From IMG/VR virus record IMGVR_UViG_3300027805_000006: a stretch of DNA of 64,000 nucleotides; one strand, written 5' to 3'. A program made the translations under genes and the position numbers. Shown here piece after piece: positions 37,347-46,776 of this stretch. The stretch is from a virus (Duplodnaviria > Caudoviricetes). Numbering within the stretch: position 1 is the first letter of the stretch; each line of letters opens with the position of its first letter. Under the pieces are notes generated by a model. That model did no database searches, had not been told where the DNA came from, and was given only the letters and a program-made list of their open reading frames with translations.

Positions 37347-37973
37347 TTAGCGAACGTTATTGCTTGTGCTAGATTGACCAACGCCGGCCATTGTGCCGAA
37401 ATTGACCATGCCTTGACGAGTTTCTTGCAGTTGGCTTTGGAAGGCTTGTAGTTGGCTTGTTACGGCTGACCACTGACCTTGTTCTGCCATATGACGCCAG
37501 TGACGACGTCCAAAACGCTCATCGACTAGTTCAGCATTACGCTCAACTAGCGCGCGATTTAGATCATGATACTTGAGATCATTGATTAGATCGCGGGTCT
37601 TTTGACCATCAGCAAAGATTTCTTTGCTTAGGGTTGCTTGACCAAGAGCAACTGCTGTAGCAACCTTTTGGCTTTCTAGCGCCGCGGCTGCGGCTCCTGC
37701 TGCAACCGCCGCCTGAATCTCGTTTGTTGTACGAGACATATTGGCATCTGTCAAGACTTTTAGACTTGCTAGATCACGCGCAGCCTCATTGGCATTTTGT
37801 TGTGATGCAATATAAAATGCTACTGCTTGACCATCTAATCTATCTGCTTGACGATCAACTTCTGAAATGACGTCATGACGTGTGTCTTTGACATCACCAC
37901 GCGTTGCGTAGAAATGAGCATCTGCATTTCGCTCGAATGAATTTAGATCGACTTGTGTTACTGGATCTGCCAT
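37347..37973 (-). CDS. helical/coiled-coil hypothetical protein
   Basis: MADPVTQ start behind AAAGGGG; higher GC. Confidence 0.65.
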   Translation of the reverse strand: MADPVTQVDLNSFERNADAHFYATRGDVKDTRHDVISEVDRQADRLDGQAVAFYIASQQNANEAARDLASLKVLTDANMSRTTNEIQAAVAAGAAAAALESQKVATAVALGQATLSKEIFADGQKTRDLINDLKYHDLNRALVERNAELVDERFGRRHWRHMAEQGQWSAVTSQLQAFQSQLQETRQGMVNFGTMAGVGQSSTSNNVR

Positions 37974-38190
37974 TTTAATTTCCCCTTTTTCTTTTTCTTT
38001 TTGGAAATAAATGGCGGTGAGCATATTGAAACGTATATTCACCGCCTGCTCTTACGCTCATCTAGTATTTCTAGATAAGACTAACGGTGTTCGTCGCCGC
38101 TACCGATACGGGTTGGTTCCCATATTCATTGTGGTTCTCTTTGGAACCTTTTGCTTATTACTATTTATAGAGAATTGTGCAATTTCATCT

Positions 38191-38391
38191 TTATTCAGAT
38201 TCAACTTTTGTAAGGTCCTCAACTGGATAACAATTGCCTTCTCGCGTATAAACCCTTAAATCGTGGTTTTTTACACTTGTATAATCTACAGTTTCAAGAG
38301 TTCCTTTCCGAACATTATGAACCTTACTGCCTGGAAAAAAGATAATTACCTTCTGAAGTTCGCTGAGTGCCTTCTCTCGCATACTATCCAT
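38191..38391 (-). CDS. hypothetical protein
   Basis: 66-aa ORF behind AAGGAG. Confidence 0.55.
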   Translation of the reverse strand: MDSMREKALSELQKVIIFFPGSKVHNVRKGTLETVDYTSVKNHDLRVYTREGNCYPVEDLTKVESE

Positions 38392-38579
38392 CTTATACTC
38401 CTTGAAAGGGTTATAGAGACATTATATACTAATCATCAACCCTCGTATAATTTAAAACATTTCCAGTACCATACTGTGCCTCGCCCAACATCTTTGCTTC
38501 TAGGTCATTGCTTGCCCAGATAATGGTATGTGCTGTTTGATAATTTCCAATTTTTACCCACAGTTCATACTTGTACATT

Positions 38580-39434
38580 TTAAAACTCCATTTTCAATTT
38601 TAACTCTGCAAAACGATACTCAAACCCGCCGGCTAATCCATAGTCTCTTCCGACGTTTACTGACATAGATGTTGTCTTTGCTAGTTTAGTGTCTGCCTGT
38701 AGTTTCCAAGCAACTGCATCTTCAATGCTTCCACCTGAATCAATTTTAGTATTTTCAACTGTTGCTGATACCCGTGTATTACCAAAGGTTTGACGGATCA
38801 AAATACCAAGTCCTCGACGGCTGTATTCATCAGGAGAAAAATAGTTTGGTGAAAATGATATAGAATTGGTATATCCATGATACTTTGCAAAAACTATAAC
38901 GCCGTTAGCAATTGATGTCCACGCCCTTACCCTATATCCTTGCTGTGTGTTGTTATCAGCATAGCGAATACTTCTAGCCCCAATAACAATTCCTGTGACG
39001 TCGTTTGACAATTCAGTATTCGTCATTATGCCATAGTATGGAGTCTTTACAGGTGAAGAATTTGAAATAATTGTATCTCCAAAAACTGTTATCTCTGTAG
39101 TTATATCCTTAAGAGGAGAGAAGCGCGCGGTGGTATCTCCAACAAAATATGTCCTACCGTCAATTTCGCCAACTCCAAGATTTCCTGTAAATGACACATT
39201 GCTTATACCATAATCAAGTACAAGAAATGCTTCCTTTGAATCAACTTTCCCAAATGCGGTTCGATGTGTTGAGTATGCTATTCCAACACCCAGCGGCGAA
39301 CCTAAAAACAATACTGAATTTTTTCGCGTCAAAATGCCATCATCATCTGCTTGAAATGATTTATATTCAACTGTTTCTGCAGATGCAACAGAAAAAACAA
39401 ATATAAGTGCCAATAATGTAAAGATCTTTTTCAT
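38580..39434 (-). CDS. outer-membrane beta-barrel protein (PgaA/BcsC porin-like)
   Basis: signal peptide, alternating amphipathic strands, NYFSPDEY motif, terminal Phe; overlaps the GT2 stop. Confidence 0.6.
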   Translation of the reverse strand: MKKIFTLLALIFVFSVASAETVEYKSFQADDDGILTRKNSVLFLGSPLGVGIAYSTHRTAFGKVDSKEAFLVLDYGISNVSFTGNLGVGEIDGRTYFVGDTTARFSPLKDITTEITVFGDTIISNSSPVKTPYYGIMTNTELSNDVTGIVIGARSIRYADNNTQQGYRVRAWTSIANGVIVFAKYHGYTNSISFSPNYFSPDEYSRRGLGILIRQTFGNTRVSATVENTKIDSGGSIEDAVAWKLQADTKLAKTTSMSVNVGRDYGLAGGFEYRFAELKLKMEF

Positions 39435-40900
39435 TTAGTTCCCCATGTTTTTTTGCTACCAACAACAAGTTCCTTTAGATAACCAAGCACACACGCTGGT
39501 TGAAGTATCATTCCATATAGCAGTGAGTAAAACATAAACCCAATTAGGTTCTTTCTTACTCTTAATCCCTGCTTTCTAAACATCTCAGCCTGTGCGTCAT
39601 ACATTATATAATTGACAATCATCGCAAGTGGCAGCACGAACAGCGTAAGTGGGCCTGCAATCCAGTAAATTCCAAACAACGCAAGAATAATTCCTGGAAT
39701 AAACACAAACGTGTATGTCAAGTCAAGTAGGAAGAATAGAGCATTCCACCAGATAAACAGAGTGGTCATCCGCACCTTGAATAGAAGTTGCCAATTTTCC
39801 TTGAATGCCTCCACAAGACCACGGCTCCACCTTTGACGCTGTCTAATAAATTGCTTCCAGGTATCTGGTGCATTTGTGAATAGACAGGCGTCTTCAGCAA
39901 AGCCAATGCGGTAGCCCTTATTGAGCATTGACCACGTCAAAACAATATCCTCACCGACACACGCCGGCCATTGACATATCTCCTTTAGAACACGAGTTTC
40001 ATATAGGCTAAAGGCGCCCTGCGCAACAAGTGTTCCCTGGTATAGACTTTGAATTCTCTTTACCGCAGCAATACCATGGAAGTAGTCCCATTCCTGTGTC
40101 TTCGTTACCAGATTTTTTCTTGAGTTTCGCACAAGAACAGCACCAGCAACTGCAGCAGTGTTTTGGGGGTCGCTGAGGTAGCGCTCTACAATGTGCTTCA
40201 GCGCGTCCTTGAAGAGGTAACTATCAGCATCGATAGTAATCGTGAGCGCCGATTTTACCTTCGTCATACCAAGATTTAGAGCGCTACTCTTCCCGCGGTT
40301 CATACTTTCATTAATGAAGTACAGCCACGGGTATTGGTGCATTACTCCCATCACGCGCTGTGCAGTTCGGTCCTTGCTGCCGTCATTTATCAAGATAGTG
40401 GTCATCTGACCTGGATAATCTTGCCTATCGATACTTTCGAGCGTACTGAGGATATTGTCCTCTTCGTTATACGCTGCAACCAGTATTGTAATTGCTGGGT
40501 ATTCATCTACCTTAGGTCGACGCGTAGGTCTCCTATCTAGAAGAAGGCTGCTAACCATGAACGCGTTCATGAAGCCAGGAAGAATTGCAATTCCGAATAT
40601 AGAGATAAGAGAGATAGGATAGGTGACAATCTGCGCAAACTCATCGATCCACCGCTCAGCAACAATGTATGAGAATATCATCCATGCTGTAGCCGCAGAA
40701 AGTGAGATGATGAACTTTTCTCGTGTTGTGATGTAGAAGTTTGTAAAGACAACGCAGAGAATAAAGAAGGTAAAGATTGCTACAGTCACGGCAGAAGTAA
40801 CTACTTCTGCCTTAAAGATATAAACAAGCAGTACCGTGATAAATGCCAGCACTGCTCCAATCTTTATCTTATACTTCAAATTTTCATCAGAAAACAACAT
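39431..40900 (-). CDS. processive GT2 polysaccharide synthase (PgaC/IcaA-like)
   Basis: N- and C-terminal TM helices; D (NDGS), DxD (IDADS), GED and QRQRW motifs. Confidence 0.88.
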   Translation of the reverse strand: MLFSDENLKYKIKIGAVLAFITVLLVYIFKAEVVTSAVTVAIFTFFILCVVFTNFYITTREKFIISLSAATAWMIFSYIVAERWIDEFAQIVTYPISLISIFGIAILPGFMNAFMVSSLLLDRRPTRRPKVDEYPAITILVAAYNEEDNILSTLESIDRQDYPGQMTTILINDGSKDRTAQRVMGVMHQYPWLYFINESMNRGKSSALNLGMTKVKSALTITIDADSYLFKDALKHIVERYLSDPQNTAAVAGAVLVRNSRKNLVTKTQEWDYFHGIAAVKRIQSLYQGTLVAQGAFSLYETRVLKEICQWPACVGEDIVLTWSMLNKGYRIGFAEDACLFTNAPDTWKQFIRQRQRWSRGLVEAFKENWQLLFKVRMTTLFIWWNALFFLLDLTYTFVFIPGIILALFGIYWIAGPLTLFVLPLAMIVNYIMYDAQAEMFRKQGLRVRKNLIGFMFYSLLYGMILQPACVLGYLKELVVGSKKTWGTK

Positions 40901-41001
40901 AATGTGCCAACCAACGGGCTATTTTCCATTAGTCTAATAACAGTCTAATATAACACGCCAGACTAACTTAAATAATTCTTATTTTGATTGAAGGCGGGTT
41001 G

Positions 41002-41409
41002 TTATTGAAGTGCTAGAAGCCTAGCAGTGGCAGAAAATTTCCCTGCAAGTGTATTTAGCCCATTAAGGTGAAACTTGCGTTCATCTTCTGGCAAACCATT
41101 TAGTTGCCCAAGCAGTTGCTCAATCTTCACTGCATCGGTTATCCATAAAACTATCTGCTGCTTTTGCTGCTCAGAGATCTTTCCATTTAGAAAAGTTTCA
41201 AGCGCTTGCATGTAGATTTCCATCTGTGCGCACTTATTTGCAGGATACATACCACTGCTTAGATCTAGCGCTACCTCTTTCAGCAGGTCACCAATGTCCT
41301 TAAGAAGGGCACACATATTTTCTCTTTCTTCTTGATTTAGTTTTTTTGCTAAATCAAAGCACTTTGAGAAAATGTTTATAAGCGCTGAAATTGTTGCAAG
41401 TGCTTCCAT
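41002..41409 (-). CDS. helical hypothetical protein
   Basis: MEALATI start; the longer track start lies inside tRNA-Thr. Confidence 0.6.
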   Translation of the reverse strand: MEALATISALINIFSKCFDLAKKLNQEERENMCALLKDIGDLLKEVALDLSSGMYPANKCAQMEIYMQALETFLNGKISEQQKQQIVLWITDAVKIEQLLGQLNGLPEDERKFHLNGLNTLAGKFSATARLLALQ

Positions 41410-41430
41410 AATTAAAATACCTAGGAAAGG

Positions 41431-41506
41431 TGGTGCTGGATGTCGGATTCGAACTGACGACCCCCGCATTACAAGTGCGGTGCTCTACCAACTGAGCTAA
41501 TCCAGC
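41431..41506 (-). tRNA. tRNA-Thr: tRNA-Thr(UGU)
   Basis: canonical cloverleaf, CT-TGT-AA, CCA. Confidence 0.95.
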
Positions 41507-41512
41507 GTATTC

Positions 41513-41588
41513 TGGTGGAGGTGAACGGGATCGAACCGATGACCCCCTGCTTGCAAAGCAGGTGCTCTCCCAGCTGAGCTACACCCCC
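41513..41588 (-). tRNA. tRNA-Ala: tRNA-Ala(UGC)
   Basis: canonical cloverleaf, G3:U70, CCA. Confidence 0.96.
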
Positions 41589-41638
41589 ATAAATTTATTT
41601 ATGACCAAAAAAGCGCTGTTTTTCAACCACTGCGAGGT

Positions 41639-42064
41639 TCAGTGATATGGTGCAGTCCAGATATTAGTGGTCTCAGTAATAGCAAGTTCGAGTGCTTCCT
41701 GCAAAACCTCCCGTGATATTACTTGACACGCATTATCTGCTAAGACCCACTCTATTGTTGCCAATGGCTGTAGTGCTGAAATTGCTCTTACCATACGATC
41801 TTGTGAAACTTCATCTGCGTCAAACACGAGACCTCCCGCGGTAGTCACTTTTAGAACGGCAATTTGTGCCGGGCGCACCGCCTTTGCTTCATTTACTATG
41901 ACTTCTTGCGGCTTAGTGCTATCAATGCTAGGAGAGTTTCCAGCCTCACACCACTGCTTATACGCAGTAACGTCGGCGCTGGTAGCACTTTGAGAAGGCA
42001 AGATTTGAACGCTGTCACTTACACGAATGACAGTGCCTGTGTAAAGATTAATAGTGTAGCTCAT
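41639..42064 (-). CDS. tail-fibre assembly-like protein (DUF4376-like)
   Basis: VFDADEVSQDRM...EWVLADN pattern; position after a fibre gene. Confidence 0.6.
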   Translation of the reverse strand: MSYTINLYTGTVIRVSDSVQILPSQSATSADVTAYKQWCEAGNSPSIDSTKPQEVIVNEAKAVRPAQIAVLKVTTAGGLVFDADEVSQDRMVRAISALQPLATIEWVLADNACQVISREVLQEALELAITETTNIWTAPYH

Positions 42065-43971
42065 TCATCTGTCTCTATGTAAATTGACGAAATATCAATG
42101 CCTACGCGCTGAGCCGTAGTGTTATTACAGCGCCATAGCGATGGCGCCAATAATATTGTTTTTGCTGGTGTTATAGTACTACCACCAGTTACCGTACCAT
42201 CAACAGACGCGTTAGACGTTAAATTAGTGGCCTTCCAATACATAATTCCCTCAGCACCTTGCGGAGCAAATATTGCGAATTCAAATGCAGCTCCGATGGT
42301 GGGAGCAAAATTAGTTGCACCAAGTGCAACAGGAGTTTGTGGAATTGTTCCACCAAATACGACATAGAGCTGCGTATTACTAGACGCAAGTTGTGCCATC
42401 CCCAAGCAATTCGTCAGCGTACTTGGTTCAACGTTAGTGGGAGATATAACGCTTGACGATATACCTACAAATTGACGAGCATCAGTTATTACGGCTTCAT
42501 CTGATATGCCAAATCGAGCAACAAAGAAAAAACCGCCGGGGCCAGTTGCGTCACCTGTGGTAAACTGCGCTGCTGTTGAAAAGACTCCTGCAAAGCTCGA
42601 TGTAGCGCTGTTGCCGCGATATCCTAATCGGCGCATTCTACCTAGGTACGTGGCAGCAGTTACATTTCGGGTTGTAGGACTACCAAGGTCAGAGAATGAG
42701 CCAAGACCAAAAAGTGCGCCTGTTGCTGTATTGTTTCCAGGTGGGCTCCAAAGACCCGTTTTGTTTCTAGCAAGTAGAGGTTGAAGCGCTGTTTCAACGC
42801 CGACAGGACCAACGAAGGTTGGCATAAAACGGTTTGCAATGTCATCACAGAACAGACGAGCAGTGTCGGCAATCGGCGCACCTGCTGCATCTGTGAAACC
42901 TAGGTCAAGGTAGTCGACCTTAAATCTGGCTGGTGCATAGTCACGGTCAATTGCAACTACAGCCTCTAGTGAAACTTTTCCAGTTGTCGTATAGGTTGAA
43001 TTAACTGCAAATGTTAGGCGATAAATTGGGGCAGCTTCTAAAACTGGAAATCCAGTAAATGACATATTAGAAAATGGTTCATACAGTGCATCACCAAGTT
43101 CATTGTGCAGAGTTTGACCAACAACAAGGAAAGTTCTATTTGCTTCAACCAATGCAGTTGTTGCAAATAACCAATAATTTACGAATTTTCCTGATACTGC
43201 CTCAGTAGGAGTTCCAGCATCATCATACTTGATATAAGTGGTTGCAATCTCATACGGCTCAGTCCTAGTAGTAGAATATGTCCAAGCTGAACCATTTCTA
43301 CACCATATCATATATGGTCCACCAGAAGTTACTGCTGGAATACTTACCGCGATGTCTTCATCATTTACAGTACCTGAAGAAAGCGCGTATCGTACATAAG
43401 TATTATCTGTACCGTTTTCAATGGTATATCCTGAAATATTTAGACCGACGTTTGCCTTTCGTGTTCCTCGTGTTGAGTGCAGATAGGCATGGTACTTTGG
43501 GTCTCTCTGAGATGCGTGTCTCTCTTCCCAAGCCACTCCCTTTGTTCCGTCCCAGTAAATGTACGCAACGCACACGTGGTCCTCAAGGCTCCACGGTGTT
43601 GTAGTTATGGTAAATGTTGGTGTGGTACTATTGAAGTAGAAAAAGTATGACCCTGCAGTTGTTCCGTGAGTGGCAGTAATTGTCGCAGCACCAGTTACTT
43701 GAATTCCATTGTACCAGTACTTCACACCACCGGTCTGAGACAGCGTGACTGTTCTGGTGGCGCTATCATAGGTAAGAGTTGAATCGGTTCTATTGTCAAA
43801 ACCTTGAAGTTCTTGAGTACCAGTCTTGAATGATTTTATTTCATCAGCAGAATTTTTGTAGTACAGTTGACCATCAAGGTAGTTGATTGCCAGTTCACCA
43901 TAACTTAGGTCATTTGTTGTTGGTGCTCTATCTGCAACGGCTGATTTTTTAAGAAGAATTTTATTTGACAT
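42061..43971 (-). CDS. tail fibre/virion structural protein
   Basis: N-terminal ILLKKS...PT..DL.YGELAINY.DG.LYYK module; Thr/Gly-rich beta content. Confidence 0.7.
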   Translation of the reverse strand: MSNKILLKKSAVADRAPTTNDLSYGELAINYLDGQLYYKNSADEIKSFKTGTQELQGFDNRTDSTLTYDSATRTVTLSQTGGVKYWYNGIQVTGAATITATHGTTAGSYFFYFNSTTPTFTITTTPWSLEDHVCVAYIYWDGTKGVAWEERHASQRDPKYHAYLHSTRGTRKANVGLNISGYTIENGTDNTYVRYALSSGTVNDEDIAVSIPAVTSGGPYMIWCRNGSAWTYSTTRTEPYEIATTYIKYDDAGTPTEAVSGKFVNYWLFATTALVEANRTFLVVGQTLHNELGDALYEPFSNMSFTGFPVLEAAPIYRLTFAVNSTYTTTGKVSLEAVVAIDRDYAPARFKVDYLDLGFTDAAGAPIADTARLFCDDIANRFMPTFVGPVGVETALQPLLARNKTGLWSPPGNNTATGALFGLGSFSDLGSPTTRNVTAATYLGRMRRLGYRGNSATSSFAGVFSTAAQFTTGDATGPGGFFFVARFGISDEAVITDARQFVGISSSVISPTNVEPSTLTNCLGMAQLASSNTQLYVVFGGTIPQTPVALGATNFAPTIGAAFEFAIFAPQGAEGIMYWKATNLTSNASVDGTVTGGSTITPAKTILLAPSLWRCNNTTAQRVGIDISSIYIETDE

Positions 43972-43979
43972 ACATCACC

Positions 43980-44891
43980 TTAGTATGTTCCACCATCAAT
44001 GTCGGCGTAAACAAGCGTAGTACCATTTGATTGAAGAATTTTTCCATCTGCCCCAATTGTCAACTTATTGAGGCTTGTTGAAGCGTTGCCGATGAGGATA
44101 TCACCTTGCGCATATGTTGATTGACCAGTACCACCAACAGATACAGCAACATCTCCATAAACAAGAGTTGTTCCATTTGATTGGAGTACTTGGTTTGTCG
44201 TGCCCCTAGTAAGTTTGCTAAGACCACTCGATACATTTCCAATAAGGATATCACCTTGGGCGTAGGTTATTTGTCCTGTTCCGCCAGCAGATGCAACTAC
44301 CGCACCATATACCAGTGTATTTCCATTTGACTGAAGTACATACCCATTTTGACCAATTGCTATCTTTGAAAGAGATGACGTATTATTGCCAACTATCAAA
44401 TCACCCTCTGTGTATGATGTAAAACCAGTACCGCCCACATTCACTGCAACATTGCCATATACCAGTGTGTTGCCATTTGACTGAAGAACTTGGTTTTGGG
44501 TACCTCTTGAAAGTCTAGAAAGACCCACGCCTGTCGTACCAACAAGCAAGTCACCTGAAGAATATGTTGTCTGACCAGTACCTCCATTTGCAACTGCTAA
44601 AGTTCCACTAAGTGTAATTGTTCCAGTTGACGTAATAGGGCTACCAGAAACCGTTAAACCTGTAGTGCCAGTTGAGAAAGCAACTGATGTAACGCCACCA
44701 CCCTCAGAGGAGGATACTGCTATCCAACTTGAAGTTTTATAGACATAAAGTATGTCATTTGACGTATTAAAAAATAGTTCGCCTTTGTCAGGCTGGCTAG
44801 GGAATTGTGAGCCAGATGCAATAACTAAATTAGATAGTGCTGTACCTTCTGTTAGCTGAGGCGAGGCGAGTTCTGCAGAGTAAATGCGCAT
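43980..44891 (-). CDS. tail-fibre-type protein with four ~50-aa GGTG repeats
   Basis: GGTG.T.Y..GD.L.G...L..L..G....VLQSNG.TLVY x4, terminal IDGGTY; CATAAATA at 44917-44924. Confidence 0.75.
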   Translation of the reverse strand: MRIYSAELASPQLTEGTALSNLVIASGSQFPSQPDKGELFFNTSNDILYVYKTSSWIAVSSSEGGGVTSVAFSTGTTGLTVSGSPITSTGTITLSGTLAVANGGTGQTTYSSGDLLVGTTGVGLSRLSRGTQNQVLQSNGNTLVYGNVAVNVGGTGFTSYTEGDLIVGNNTSSLSKIAIGQNGYVLQSNGNTLVYGAVVASAGGTGQITYAQGDILIGNVSSGLSKLTRGTTNQVLQSNGTTLVYGDVAVSVGGTGQSTYAQGDILIGNASTSLNKLTIGADGKILQSNGTTLVYADIDGGTY

Positions 44892-44969
44892 AGCAGTTTT
44901 TAGAATTACTACTGGCTATTTATGAGTATACAACTATTATGGCAGCAAAACAACTGGTACTCTTAGGAA

Positions 44970-45044
44970 TGGTTGCGGACCCTGGAGTCGCACCAGGTAT
45001 CTCTTGGTTATGAGCCAAGCGGATTACTGTCTTCCTCGCCCGCA
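44970..45044 (-). tRNA. tRNA-Met: tRNA-Met(CAU), atypical D and T loops
   Basis: acceptor TGCGGGC/GTCCGCA-A-CCA, CTTGG-CTCATAA-CCAAG, T loop TGCGACT. Confidence 0.75.
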
Positions 45045-45058
45045 CTTGTATTTATACT

Positions 45059-45592
45059 CTAATCCTCAAGGTACTTTACAGGGTCTTCCTCTAGATTAAG
45101 TGTCAATGATATTCTAGGAAAAACACCCCCACAGAATACGGTATGTGGTGATGAAACTCTTAGTATGGTAGGTTTGTCAAGCACCACTGAATCTACAGGT
45201 GTAAAAAACTCTCTGTTCTGCCACACTCGAGTTCCATCTTTGTTCACAGAGGTTAAATGGAAAAAGTGCGAAGGTATCTTAAAGAAGGTAGTGGTAGATG
45301 ATTCACAATTGAGAATTGGGATGTTGAGTCGAGCCTTCTGCCCCCTCTGCCCCACGATATGATCTGTATGCAGCGTAGAACTATCGCGAGTAAGCACAAG
45401 TGCTGCTGCTAACCATATTTTTGTGCCAAGTGCTTTCTCAACCGCCTCATTAAGTTCTGGAACAAGTGCATTGTCAAACTCATTCCAAAAAACCCCGCTG
45501 TAAATGAAGTGCTTCTCAATGCACAGGGCATGAAGTTTCTTTTGAATAATTCGAATATCACCAAGATCAACTTGACGGTAGTAGGCGCTCAT
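45059..45592 (-). CDS. putative Fe(II)/2OG-oxygenase-like protein
   Basis: TLHTDH..RLNIPI...PHTV...RISL. Confidence 0.5.
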   Translation of the reverse strand: MSAYYRQVDLGDIRIIQKKLHALCIEKHFIYSGVFWNEFDNALVPELNEAVEKALGTKIWLAAALVLTRDSSTLHTDHIVGQRGQKARLNIPILNCESSTTTFFKIPSHFFHLTSVNKDGTRVWQNREFFTPVDSVVLDKPTILRVSSPHTVFCGGVFPRISLTLNLEEDPVKYLED

Positions 45593-45640
45593 CTAAAGGT
45601 AGGTATGAGTAGGGATAAGTTATTTACACGACATAAAATT

Positions 45641-45716
45641 TGGTCAGCCCACCCTGAGTCGAACAGGGAACACAAATTTAGAAGAATTGTATCATTTCCA
45701 GTTTCACCATGGGCTG
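45641..45716 (-). tRNA. tRNA-Arg: tRNA-Arg(UCU), degenerate
   Basis: acceptor CAGCCCA/TGGGCTG-A-CCA and T arm intact; weak D stem, T-T mismatch in the anticodon stem. Confidence 0.6.
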
Positions 45717-45732
45717 ATGAAGAATTACATAA

Positions 45733-45770
45733 TAGAAGCCGCTGCTCTAACCAACGTGAGCTACCGGGCC
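45733..45770 (-). pseudogene. orphan tRNA 5' half (ends at CT-TCT-A)
   Basis: GGCCCGG-TA-GCTC-ACGTTGGTTA-GAGC then truncation; no 3' half follows. Confidence 0.6.
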
Positions 45771-45775
45771 GTAAT

Positions 45776-45851
45776 TGGTCTCCCTGCCCAGATTCGAACT
45801 GGGACCCCATGAACCCAAATCATGAATGCCACCTGGTAACACTTCAGAGAG
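45776..45851 (-). tRNA. tRNA-Pro: tRNA-Pro(UGG)
   Basis: CATGA-TTTGGGT-TCATG, T arm, CCA. Confidence 0.8.
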
Positions 45852-45913
45852 ACTGTATTTTGTAATTATATATTGACCACCAAGCAAGTAAACTATAGAC
45901 TTGCTTGTAATTC

Positions 45914-45988
45914 TGGTCAGAGCACCTGGAGTTGAACCCGGACGACTCCGCTCCAAACGGAATTGGCTACAATACGCCTCCTACCCTG
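45914..45988 (-). tRNA. tRNA-Pro: second tRNA-Pro(UGG), divergent
   Basis: TTCCG-TTTGGAG-CGGAG, acceptor CAGGGTA/TGCTCTG-A-CCA. Confidence 0.7.
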
Positions 45989-46070
45989 TTGATAAATATG
46001 GGCCCCAAGTACTTATAGACGGTGTCTATGTTCCCATTCACGTTCCAAGCTTTCGCTCCGAAATTTTGTG

Positions 46071-46157
46071 CTCCGTCCCGAGGTTACGATCCTCGCATGC
46101 ATTCCTGCATCCTTCCGGTTAACAGCCGGAGGCCTTCACCAAGCCAGCCCGGACGGA
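46071..46157 (-). tRNA. tRNA-Asn: tRNA-Asn(GUU) with long variable arm; CCA not encoded
   Basis: TCCGG-CTGTTAA-CCGGA, variable hairpin ATGCA-GGAA-TGCAT, T loop ATCGTAA. Confidence 0.75.
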
Positions 46158-46190
46158 ATAACTTTATATTTCAACAAAAATAGAACCGTG

Positions 46191-46261
46191 AGCGGGATAC
46201 CGGGAACGATCCGGTCTCACTAGCTTGGAAGGCTAGGGCACAGCCACTATACCAATCCCGC
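46191..46261 (-). tRNA. tRNA-Gly: tRNA-Gly(UCC); CCA not encoded
   Basis: GCGGGAT/ATCCCGC-T, CTAGC-CTTCCAA-GCTAG. Confidence 0.85.
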
Positions 46262-46264
46262 GTG

Positions 46265-46287
46265 TATTGGCGGCTAAGCCGCCAATA
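46265..46287 (-). terminator. hairpin downstream of the small lipoprotein gene
   Basis: TATTGGCGGC-TAA-GCCGCCAATA. Confidence 0.6.
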
Positions 46288-46308
46288 GTACTGCTTCAAC
46301 TGATTTTA

Positions 46309-46476
46309 TCAGTCTCCACCGCCAGCCTTCTTCTGCTTGCACTCTTCCTTTTCAGGATTCTTTGCGCAGTCCTTGTTGGCCTGAATTGCTTCCTTTTGGG
46401 CTGGTGTTTCTTGGCAGCCAGCTAGACCTAGGGTTGCAAAAGCTGCGATGACGATTGCTACATAAAGCTTTGACAT
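46309..46476 (-). CDS. 55-aa lipoprotein (absent from the ORF track)
   Basis: MSKLYVAIVIAAFATLGLAGC lipobox; AAGGAGG RBS; two further Cys. Confidence 0.8.
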   Translation of the reverse strand: MSKLYVAIVIAAFATLGLAGCQETPAQKEAIQANKDCAKNPEKEECKQKKAGGGD

Positions 46477-46634
46477 AATAACCTCCTTTTGAGTAAAAAC
46501 TGGGCTTTTGTAAAACCCATATTATTTAGGTATTTCAATGCAATGTTAGATGCATTGTGAATATTTAGCGTTCCTGCACAGCACAGCAGCGGTGCCTCGA
46601 CCTGGACGCTGACCAAGTGTGCAAAAATGAATAG

Positions 46635-46713
46635 TGGTAGGCGCACTGGGACTCGAACCCCTGGCCTTCTGCGTGACAGGCAGACGATCTAACCAACTGA
46701 TCTAACGGTGCCC
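46635..46713 (-). tRNA. tRNA-Asp: tRNA-Asp(GUC) with irregular acceptor/T stems
   Basis: canonical D arm and TCTGC-CTGTCAC-GCAGA, CCA present; acceptor pairing is out of register. Confidence 0.65.
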
Positions 46714-46776
46714 TTATAAAGGAATAGTTTAAACCAACTCCAATAAATACTTATATCTAACAGGCGAGAGTTTGCT

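Noticed and set aside
45589-46122. Short ORFs overlapping tRNA genes (also 50088-50528)
   Set aside because: These are translations of tRNA sequence with no RBS or protein-like composition
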